Assembly: GCA_024692605.1 (NCBI GenBank)
Contig: JAILMQ010000072.1
Coordinates: 5,238 to 69,237, forward strand
Length of the DNA stretch: 64,000 bases
Reading direction: 5' to 3'
From: Eubacterium sp.
GTDB taxonomy: Bacteria > Bacillota > Clostridia > Lachnospirales > Lachnospiraceae
Shown: positions 19,911 to 27,560 of the stretch, one piece after another
Numbering within the stretch: position 1 is the stretch's first letter
Layout of the letters: the number at the start of each line of letters is the position of its first letter
Notes under the pieces: model-generated
The model's input: only the letters and a program-made list of their open reading frames with translations
Database searches by the model: none
What the model was told of the DNA's origin: nothing
Position numbers and translations under genes: made by a program

Positions 19911-20841
19911 AGTTGATTCTCTCCTCTTCCACAACCAGCGGTCTATTCATGATCCTCTTATTCATGCTCATAATATATTCTCCCATAAAACCGATGGAGA
20001 AAAGCTGAATCGCGCCAATAAGCATCATGCTTATGATCAGCGGCGCCATACCTGCATTAAACTCGTCCCAGTTAAGCAGCTTGAGTACAAGGTAGATTAT
20101 TGCTCCGAGAATGCTCAGGAAGCCCACAAATGCGCCAATAAACGTACATATTCTAAGTCCAATCTTGGTATATGACGTTACCGAAAGCATAGCAGCATCA
20201 TATAATGTATAGAAATTATTATGAGTCTTACCGGCTCTACGCTTCGGCTGTGTATATTCAATCTCCTTACGCTTGAATCCAAGCTCTGCAACAATTCCTC
20301 TAAGGAAAGGTGTTGGATCATTGAGATTTCTAAGAACCTCCACAAACTCTCTGTCATAAAGACCTGAGCCTGTAAAATGCTCTATCTGGTCCACATCAGA
20401 GAATCTCTTTACAAACTTGTAGTACAGAGACCGAAGTGCATAAACCAGCTTATTTTCCTTACTTGCAGTCTTGATTCCGATAACAATCTTATAACCTTCC
20501 TCCCATGCATCCAGATACTGAGGTATAAGCTCGATAGGATCCTGGAAGTCACACACCATGGATATTACACAATCTCCGGTAGCCTGAAGGATACCATGAT
20601 ACGGAGAATTGAACTGGCCAAAATTCTTTGCATTGAATATAGCCTTGACTCTCTTATTTCGTTTGCAGATTTCCCTAAGAAGCGGTCTGGTATTATCAGT
20701 AGAATCATTATCAATAAAAATCAACTCATAATCATATTTCGTGAGTTCATTTTCAAATAACTCAGTAATAGCCTGACTCATAGGTATTACATTTTCTTCC
20801 TCATTATAACAGGGGATCAACACACTAACTTTCTTCTTCAT
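19897..20841 (-). CDS. GtrB-like polyprenyl-phosphate glycosyltransferase (GT2 plus two C-terminal TMs)
   Basis: VLIPCYNEEEN, NFGQ, DFQDP, RRAGKT, GFMGEYI. Confidence 0.92.
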   Translation of the reverse strand: MKKKVSVLIPCYNEEENVIPMSQAITELFENELTKYDYELIFIDNDSTDNTRPLLREICKRNKRVKAIFNAKNFGQFNSPYHGILQATGDCVISMVCDFQDPIELIPQYLDAWEEGYKIVIGIKTASKENKLVYALRSLYYKFVKRFSDVDQIEHFTGSGLYDREFVEVLRNLNDPTPFLRGIVAELGFKRKEIEYTQPKRRAGKTHNNFYTLYDAAMLSVTSYTKIGLRICTFIGAFVGFLSILGAIIYLVLKLLNWDEFNAGMAPLIISMMLIGAIQLFSIGFMGEYIMSMNKRIMNRPLVVEEERINFEDD

Positions 20842-20856
20842 CTTACCACCTCTGGT

Positions 20857-20885
20857 AACCCAAAGGGGTCTGACCCCAATGGGTT
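20857..20885. repeat. 29-bp palindromic REP-like element, copy 6 (inverted)
   Basis: AACCCAAAGGGGTCTGACCCCAATGGGTT, identical to copy 3. Confidence 0.95.
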
Positions 20886-20894
20886 GCTTTTCGT

Positions 20895-21866
20895 CTATGG
20901 ATTATTTCTTGCCCATTCCACAGTCTTCTTTATGCCCTCTTCGAAACTGGTCTCAGGGCAAAATCCTGTGTCGGCCACCAGATCATTTATATCTGCCACC
21001 AGATACATGACCTGATTCTCGTTATATTCTCTCTCTCCGATTCCCACATCAAGCCCCGGATCGATTTCATCTCTTATTGCGTATATATATTCTCTAAGGA
21101 GTCTGTGACTGCCCGAACCAATAGTATAACACTTCTGGTCAACTCCTTTTTCCGCCATGGCAATAAATGCTTTCGCACAGTCTTCTGCGTAAATGTAATC
21201 CCAGACCTGCTCTGCCGGAGTAAACTTCATTCGTTCACCCTTCAGCATGCTTCTTATGGCTGACATTACCATCGTATAATCATTATCTCCCGGACCGTAA
21301 CAGCTGAGGATTCTTCCCCAGACATGCTTCATTCCCAGGTTTTTACATTCCAGCTGGGAAAGCCTTCCGGCAGCCAGTTTTGCAATTCCGTATCCTGTGA
21401 TGGGATCCTTGGGAAGCTCATCCGACAATACTCCGCTGACTATTCCGAATTCGGCCTGAGATCCTGCTCCCACAAATGTTTTACATCCGCTTTCGTAAGC
21501 AAGATGAACTGCGTCAAGGGTAGCCTTTACATTTGACTCCTGCTTTGATGCATCATTTCTTCCCGGGCCAAATGTATGACCCCAGCCAAAATGAAACATG
21601 ACATCGTGCTCCCATCCCAGTTTATCCCTGAGAGTGGAGATATCCCACAGGCTGCACTCAACTATACGGAGCTCGCCTTTTTCCTGCTGTCCTGAAGTTT
21701 CTGAACCAGCTATATCACCTGCTCCATCGATCAGATTCTCCAGATTTCTCATTTTCTCGGACATGGGACGAACTATTGCAGTTACGTTCACCCCCTGATT
21801 TAAAAGCACCTTTGCAACGTGCATTCCAATCATGCCGGTTGCACCGGTAATAATAACATTTTTCAT
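20895..21866 (-). CDS. NAD(P)-dependent epimerase/4-ketoreductase (candidate CDP-3,6-dideoxyhexose synthase)
   Basis: TGATGMIG, GSQAEFG, YGIAK, YGPGD. Translationally coupled to rfbH. Confidence 0.8.
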   Translation of the reverse strand: MKNVIITGATGMIGMHVAKVLLNQGVNVTAIVRPMSEKMRNLENLIDGAGDIAGSETSGQQEKGELRIVECSLWDISTLRDKLGWEHDVMFHFGWGHTFGPGRNDASKQESNVKATLDAVHLAYESGCKTFVGAGSQAEFGIVSGVLSDELPKDPITGYGIAKLAAGRLSQLECKNLGMKHVWGRILSCYGPGDNDYTMVMSAIRSMLKGERMKFTPAEQVWDYIYAEDCAKAFIAMAEKGVDQKCYTIGSGSHRLLREYIYAIRDEIDPGLDVGIGEREYNENQVMYLVADINDLVADTGFCPETSFEEGIKKTVEWARNNP

Positions 21867-23215
21867 TAGTACTGAACTCCCTCATGGATTACCTTACTCA
21901 TGTACTCCAGTTTTTCCTTTGTCATACCCGGATATACACCAATCCAGAAAGTATTGTTCATTATGAAATCAGTGGTTTCCAGTTTTCCTGATACACGGTA
22001 GTCTTTTGTTTCCTCATACTGCTCGAAGCAAGGCTGAAGTGTGATATTTCCGCTGAAAAGAAGTCTGGTCTGAACATTCTTGCTTTCGATAAATCTGGTG
22101 AGCTTGTTTCTGTCAAGTCCTGACTCCGGACGAACACTGATAAGGAAACCGAACCATGAAGGATCAGCATTCTCAGTAGGTTCAGGAAGAATCAGCTTGT
22201 CAGAAAGATCTGCCAGTGCCTCCCTCAGGAACTTCCAGTTTTCCTTACGTCTTTCAACGAACTTAGGGAATTTCTTAAGCTGCTCAACACCAATGGCTGC
22301 CTGCATATCAGTAACCTTGAGATTATATCCAAGATGACTGTAAACATACTTATGATCATATCCCTTTGGAAGCTGTCCGAATTCACCATCGAATCTGTGA
22401 CCACATATATTATCGTGTCCTGAAGGACATACACAGTCTCTTCCCCAGTCACGCATACTCTTTATAATCTTATTAAGGAGCGGATTATCCGTATAAACAG
22501 CACCACCCTCTCCCATGGTCATATGGTGTGGAGGATAGAAGCTGCTGGTACCGATATCTCCCCAGGTTCCTGTGAACTTTTTAACTCCGTCTATGGTATA
22601 GGTTGAACCAAGGCTGTCACAGTTATCCTCGATAAGCCACAGGTTGTTCTTATCGCAGAAACTCTTTACTGCAGCTATGTCAAATGGATTGCCCAAGGTA
22701 TGTGCTACGATAACTGCCTTTGTCTTATCTGAAAGAGCAGCCTCCAGCCCGGCTGGGTCAATATTATATTCAGGAAGCTTTACATCCACGAAAACAGGCT
22801 TTGCACCAAGCTGCATAATAGGTGCGATGGTGGTTGGGAAGCCTGCAGCAACTGTTATTACCTCATCTCCCTTTTTAACCTGTCTGTCACCAAGAAGCGG
22901 TGATGTAAGTGTTGCAAATGCAATCAGATTAGCAGAAGATCCGCTGTTTACAAGACTGACATATCTTACTCCGATCCACTCAGCAAATTCCTTCTCAAAC
23001 TGATCCGAAAATCTTCCGGTTGTGAGCCAGAAATCAAGAGTCGCGTCTGTCAGAGATAACATTTCCTTCTCATCATATACTCTTGATGCATAGGAAACTC
23101 TGTCGCCCTCTTCAAATGGTTTTTCCTGCTCTGGTTTTTTAAACTGTTCATAATACTTAGCCACGAGGCCCTTTATCTCTTCTCTTGCCTCTGCTTCACT
23201 ATTCCATGTACTCAT
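21866..23215 (-). CDS. rfbH: CDP-4-keto-6-deoxyglucose 3-dehydrase (E1, DdhC)
   Basis: NSGSSAN, IEDNCD, SFYPPHHMTMGEGG (His in place of the Schiff-base Lys), DCVCPSGHDNICG Fe-S ligands, YDHKY. Confidence 0.95.
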   Translation of the reverse strand: MSTWNSEAEAREEIKGLVAKYYEQFKKPEQEKPFEEGDRVSYASRVYDEKEMLSLTDATLDFWLTTGRFSDQFEKEFAEWIGVRYVSLVNSGSSANLIAFATLTSPLLGDRQVKKGDEVITVAAGFPTTIAPIMQLGAKPVFVDVKLPEYNIDPAGLEAALSDKTKAVIVAHTLGNPFDIAAVKSFCDKNNLWLIEDNCDSLGSTYTIDGVKKFTGTWGDIGTSSFYPPHHMTMGEGGAVYTDNPLLNKIIKSMRDWGRDCVCPSGHDNICGHRFDGEFGQLPKGYDHKYVYSHLGYNLKVTDMQAAIGVEQLKKFPKFVERRKENWKFLREALADLSDKLILPEPTENADPSWFGFLISVRPESGLDRNKLTRFIESKNVQTRLLFSGNITLQPCFEQYEETKDYRVSGKLETTDFIMNNTFWIGVYPGMTKEKLEYMSKVIHEGVQY

Positions 23216-23236
23216 GTCGCTTTCCTTCCTGTTTTT

Positions 23237-24349
23237 TTATCCGAAGAATTCATTTATTTCTTTTTTCATTTCATCAGCAACCATGTCCGGTTCTTCAATT
23301 CTTCTTTTGGAGAATTCCACAACCTTCTGAATTGCCATATCTATATTCCAAACCGGCTTCCAGCCGAATACCTGCTTGATCCTGTCGCAGTCCAGCTTCA
23401 GGAAACCAGCCTCGTGAGGACCGTTGTCGGAACGGTTGATCCAGCTGATCTTCCTTTTGTTTTCGGTATCTGACGCCTCCTGATCTACAGCCTCGTTCCA
23501 GCATTTGCAGAATATGTCCACCAGATCTCCGGTAGTTACGCAGTCCTCATCGTTTGGACCAACGTTATAATATCCGGCATATTTTTTGTCCTCATACTGA
23601 GCCTTCGCTATAGTAAGATAAATGTTTAACGGCTCCAGAACATGCTGGTAAGGTCTTATTGAATAAGGATTTCTTACGATTATGTCCTCCGTGCTTTCGC
23701 CTGTGTATTTCTTTTCAGCAGCTCTCACACAGTCAGGAATGATCCTGTCCTTAGCGAAGTCACCACCGCCGATTACATTTCCCGCTCTTGCAGTAGATAC
23801 AGCAATTCCCATCTCATTAAAGAATGAATTGATATAACTATGGGTAACCAGCTCTGAACAGGATTTGGAGTTGGAATAAGGGTCATATCCATCCAGGGGA
23901 TCATCCTCCTTAAAGCCCTTGTTCAGCTCCTCGTTTTTGTAGACCTTATCCGTGGTAACGTTCAGAAAGGATTTTACTGAATCCGTTAATCTGACAGCCT
24001 CGCAGATATTTACCGTACCCATTACATTTGTCTCATAGGTAAGTACCGGATTCTTATAGGATTCTCTTACCAGAGGCTGCGCTGCAAGATGGAATACTAT
24101 CTCAGGGCGAATCTCCTGAAAAACCTTCATGATCTTATCTCTGTCCCTGACATCACCGATTATGTGGTTGATGTTTTTCTCAAGTCCCGCCTCTGCAAAA
24201 AGGCTTGGGTCTGTAGGTGGTTCCAGAGAATATCCCGTCACCTCAGCTCCGGCCTCCACAAGTATTGCCGTAAGCCAGGAACCTTTAAATCCGGTATGTC
24301 CTGTAATCAGAACCTTTTTTCCTTTGTAAAAATCAAGTGTACTATTCAT
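23237..24349 (-). CDS. rfbG: CDP-glucose 4,6-dehydratase
   Basis: TGHTGFKGSWL, HLAAQPLVR, TTDKVY, YSNSK, RAGNVIGGGD. Start moved to ATG 24349 (SD GAGG). Confidence 0.95.
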   Translation of the reverse strand: MNSTLDFYKGKKVLITGHTGFKGSWLTAILVEAGAEVTGYSLEPPTDPSLFAEAGLEKNINHIIGDVRDRDKIMKVFQEIRPEIVFHLAAQPLVRESYKNPVLTYETNVMGTVNICEAVRLTDSVKSFLNVTTDKVYKNEELNKGFKEDDPLDGYDPYSNSKSCSELVTHSYINSFFNEMGIAVSTARAGNVIGGGDFAKDRIIPDCVRAAEKKYTGESTEDIIVRNPYSIRPYQHVLEPLNIYLTIAKAQYEDKKYAGYYNVGPNDEDCVTTGDLVDIFCKCWNEAVDQEASDTENKRKISWINRSDNGPHEAGFLKLDCDRIKQVFGWKPVWNIDMAIQKVVEFSKRRIEEPDMVADEMKKEINEFFG

Positions 24350-24372
24350 ATATGTCCTCATTTCGCAAATCG

Positions 24373-25152
24373 TTACCTGTTCCATACCATCCATGGTGCT
24401 TCATTTTTTTCTATAAGCTCGTTCAGCTTATCCATCTCACGCTTGGTATCCATGCACTGCCAGTAGCCATCGAATTCATAAGCCATCAGCTGGCCGTCCT
24501 TCGCAAGATTCTTCAGCGGAGCCTGCTCGAATACAGTAGTGTCATCCACCAGATAATCAAATACTGCCGGCTCAAGAACCATATATCCACCATTGATTCT
24601 TGCTCCGTCCGCATCCTCCTTCTCCCTGAAGCTGCTGATCTGTCCGTCATCCTCTATATCAAGAATTCCAAAACGCTGTCCCAGCTCAACCGCTGTAATG
24701 GTAGCAGCCTTTCCGTGACTCTTATGGAACTCCAGAAGTTCCTTCATGTTGATGTCGCATACACCGTCACCATATGTAAGCATGAAGGTTTCATCGCCAA
24801 CATAATCTTTTATTCGCTTAATACGTCCACCGGTCATGGTATTCAGTCCGGTATCAACAATGGTAACCTTCCAGGGCTCTGCCACATTACTATGAACCGT
24901 CATCTGATTATCATTTGAAAAGTCAAATGTAATATCAGAGTTATGCAGATAGTAATTAGCAAACCACTCCTTGATGACATGCTGCTTGTAGCCCGCGCAG
25001 ATTACAAATTCATTGAAGCCATAGTAGGAATATTCCTTCATGATGTGCCAGAGAATCGGCTTGCCGCCTATCTCAATCATTGGCTTTGGTTTTAAATGAC
25101 TCTCTTCACTTATTCTTGTACCGTATCCACCGGCAAGTATTACAACTTTCAT
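24373..25152 (-). CDS. rfbF: Glucose-1-phosphate cytidylyltransferase
   Basis: ILAGGYGTRISEES, PKPMIEIG, TMTGGR, TYGDG, WQCMDT. ATG 25152 follows AAGGGGTG. Confidence 0.95.
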   Translation of the reverse strand: MKVVILAGGYGTRISEESHLKPKPMIEIGGKPILWHIMKEYSYYGFNEFVICAGYKQHVIKEWFANYYLHNSDITFDFSNDNQMTVHSNVAEPWKVTIVDTGLNTMTGGRIKRIKDYVGDETFMLTYGDGVCDINMKELLEFHKSHGKAATITAVELGQRFGILDIEDDGQISSFREKEDADGARINGGYMVLEPAVFDYLVDDTTVFEQAPLKNLAKDGQLMAYEFDGYWQCMDTKREMDKLNELIEKNEAPWMVWNR

Positions 25153-25171
25153 TTTGCTCACCCCTTAAGGC

Positions 25172-25199
25172 ATACCACAGGGGTCAGCCCCCCGTGTAT
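25172..25199. repeat. Degenerate copy of the palindromic element
   Basis: ATACCACAGGGGTCAGCCCCCCGTGTAT keeps the GGGGTCAG.CCCC core, at the dapL/rfbF junction. Confidence 0.6.
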
Positions 25200-25203
25200 A
25201 CTT

Positions 25204-26421
25204 TTATAATTTTTTGATTCTGTCAATAGCTTCTACTGTGTTTTCATAGCTTCCAAATGCAGTAAGTCTGAAATGTCCTTCACCGCTTGGTCCGAAACCG
25301 GATCCGGGAGTTCCTACTACATTTGCCTCATTAAGAAGGTAGTCGAAGAATTCCCAGCTGGTCATGTTATCCGGGGTCTTCAGCCAGATGTATGGTGCAT
25401 TTACACCACCGGAAACTGTATAACCGGCAGCCTTAAGACCCTCTAAAATGTATTTTGCGTTGTTCATGTAATAAGCAATCTGTTCATTGGTCTGCTTCTG
25501 CCCCTCATCCGAGAATACAGCCTCGCCGGCTCTCTGGATGATGTAAGGTGCTCCATTGAACTTTGTTCCATGACGCCTTGCCCAAAGTGCATTCAGAGTA
25601 TTTCCATCTGCATCTTTAATATCCTTTGGAATAATGGTGTATCCAAGTCTTGTTCCCGTAAATCCTGCATTCTTAGAGAATGATCTGATCTCGATGGCAC
25701 AACTGCGTGCACCTTCGCATTCATAGATTGAATGAGGAACATCCGGTTCAGATATGTAAGCTTCATATGCTGCATCGTATATGATCACTGAACCATTCTT
25801 GTTTGCATAGTCTACCCATTCCTGAAGCTGCGCCTTTGTGATGGTTGCTCCTGTAGGATTGTTCGGGAAGCAGAGATATATCACATCCGGAACTTCCTTC
25901 GGAAGCTCAGGTGCATATCCGTTATCAGCTGTACAAGGCATATAGATAACGTTGCTCCACAGTTCGGTGTTCGGGTCATAAGTTCCGGTTCTTCCTGCCA
26001 TTACATTTGTATCAACATATACAGGATATACAGGATCGCATACTGCAATCTTTACATCCTTTGAAAAGATTTCCTGAATATTTCCTGAGTCCGACTTTGC
26101 GCCATCACTCACAAATACTTCATCAGCAAAAACAGTTGCACCGAGGCTCTTATAAACCTTATTTACTATCGTGTCTCTGAGGAAGCTGTATCCCAGATCC
26201 GGTGCATATCCCATAAAGGTTTCCGCATTTGCCATCTCATCAACGGCCTTATGTAGCGCTTCTATTACAGCCGGACAAAGGGGCTGGGTAACATCGCCGA
26301 TTCCAAGTCGGATAATTTTCTTATCCGGATTCTGCTCCTGAAATGCATTTACCTTCTTCGCAATATTTGAGAAAAGGTAACTTCCGGGAAGTTTCAGGTA
26401 ATCTTCATTTACTTTAAACAT
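25204..26421 (-). CDS. dapL: LL-diaminopimelate aminotransferase
   Basis: SYLF, LGIGDVT, SDGAKSD, PNNPTG, SFSKNAGFTGTR, TPGSGFG. Confidence 0.96.
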   Translation of the reverse strand: MFKVNEDYLKLPGSYLFSNIAKKVNAFQEQNPDKKIIRLGIGDVTQPLCPAVIEALHKAVDEMANAETFMGYAPDLGYSFLRDTIVNKVYKSLGATVFADEVFVSDGAKSDSGNIQEIFSKDVKIAVCDPVYPVYVDTNVMAGRTGTYDPNTELWSNVIYMPCTADNGYAPELPKEVPDVIYLCFPNNPTGATITKAQLQEWVDYANKNGSVIIYDAAYEAYISEPDVPHSIYECEGARSCAIEIRSFSKNAGFTGTRLGYTIIPKDIKDADGNTLNALWARRHGTKFNGAPYIIQRAGEAVFSDEGQKQTNEQIAYYMNNAKYILEGLKAAGYTVSGGVNAPYIWLKTPDNMTSWEFFDYLLNEANVVGTPGSGFGPSGEGHFRLTAFGSYENTVEAIDRIKKL

Positions 26422-26445
26422 TTTTTCCTCCTACTCGCCCTGCTC

Positions 26446-27390
26446 TTATAACTCTCCTTCAAATACGGTAGTTGCAGGGCCTGTCATAAATACCGCATTT
26501 TGTTCTCTGTCCCATCTGATACTCAGGTCTCCACCAAGAAGCGATACTATCACTTCATCATCAACCTTGCCATTCAGAATGGAAGCCACTACTGTTGCAC
26601 AAGCACCTGTTCCGCAAGCCATAGTCTCACCGGAACCTCTCTCCCAGACACGCATTTTCAGATGTGCTCTGTCCACCACCTGAACAAATTCTGTGTTAAC
26701 ACGGTCAGGGAACAGCCTGTTCGTTTCGAATTTGGGACCTATCTGCTCTATTGGATATGAATCCGTATCATCCACATAAACTATGCAGTGAGGATTTCCC
26801 ATGGAGACACAGGTTCCGTAATATATTGAATCATCTATCAGGATAGGCATGCTTATAGCAACCTTTTCATCTGTCATAAGACCCACTTCTTTTATGGGGT
26901 TAATATCAATAATTGATGAAAGTTTTGCCGGTGCATATCCTTCTGAAGGATTAACAGGTACATCTTCCGGCTCAAAGACAGGGGATCCCATATTCACTGT
27001 AACATGAGATACCACATATCCCTGATTGGAAACTGCCTGATAGCCTTCAACCTCGCCCACCGGTTTGATACTGAGATTCAGTGTCTTAATTCCGGACAGG
27101 GTTTCTATGGTTACTATTTTCTTATCGGTAAGACCATGATCATAAACGTATTTGCCGACGCATCTTATACCGTTGCCGCACATCCTTCCGCGGGAGCCGT
27201 CAGCATTGTACATATCCATCATAAAATCCGCCTTATCACTTGCACATATCAGAATAAGACCATCCGATCCTATTCCAAAATGTCTGTCACTAACATACAC
27301 CGCAAGTTCCGACGGATTATCGATTTTATTTTCTATTGCATTTATATACACATAATCATTACCTATGCCATGCATTTTTGTGAAATTCAT
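26446..27390 (-). CDS. dapF: Diaminopimelate epimerase
   Basis: KMHGIGND, MCGNGIRC, SMGNPH, ERGSGETMACGTG. Confidence 0.96.
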   Translation of the reverse strand: MNFTKMHGIGNDYVYINAIENKIDNPSELAVYVSDRHFGIGSDGLILICASDKADFMMDMYNADGSRGRMCGNGIRCVGKYVYDHGLTDKKIVTIETLSGIKTLNLSIKPVGEVEGYQAVSNQGYVVSHVTVNMGSPVFEPEDVPVNPSEGYAPAKLSSIIDINPIKEVGLMTDEKVAISMPILIDDSIYYGTCVSMGNPHCIVYVDDTDSYPIEQIGPKFETNRLFPDRVNTEFVQVVDRAHLKMRVWERGSGETMACGTGACATVVASILNGKVDDEVIVSLLGGDLSIRWDREQNAVFMTGPATTVFEGEL

Positions 27391-27488
27391 GATTTGGTAC
27401 TCCTCCGGTTTCCATACATTTTGCAGTTATTCCTGCACGCAAATATACAGAGTATATTTTACCACATAATCATAGGATAGAAAAGGAT

Positions 27489-27529
27489 AAAAAAAGCTCC
27501 TCAGGCATTATATAACCTAAGGAGCTTTT
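27489..27529 (-). terminator. Intrinsic terminator after the transglutaminase-like gene
   Basis: Minus strand: AAAAGCTCCTTAGG-loop-CCTGAGGAGC followed by T7. Confidence 0.85.
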
Positions 27530-27560
27530 CATGGTTTATTCAGTTTTATCCGGAGTCTAA

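Noticed and set aside
5399-20885. 29-bp palindromes as a CRISPR array
   Set aside because: Copies are separated by whole genes, occur in both orientations, and there are no spacers or cas genes.
5399-20885. Palindromes as intrinsic terminators
   Set aside because: No U-tract on the coding strand, and they lie inside a tightly packed operon.
27391-27488. Possible lysine riboswitch upstream of dapF
   Set aside because: The region is too short and shows no recognisable conserved elements.
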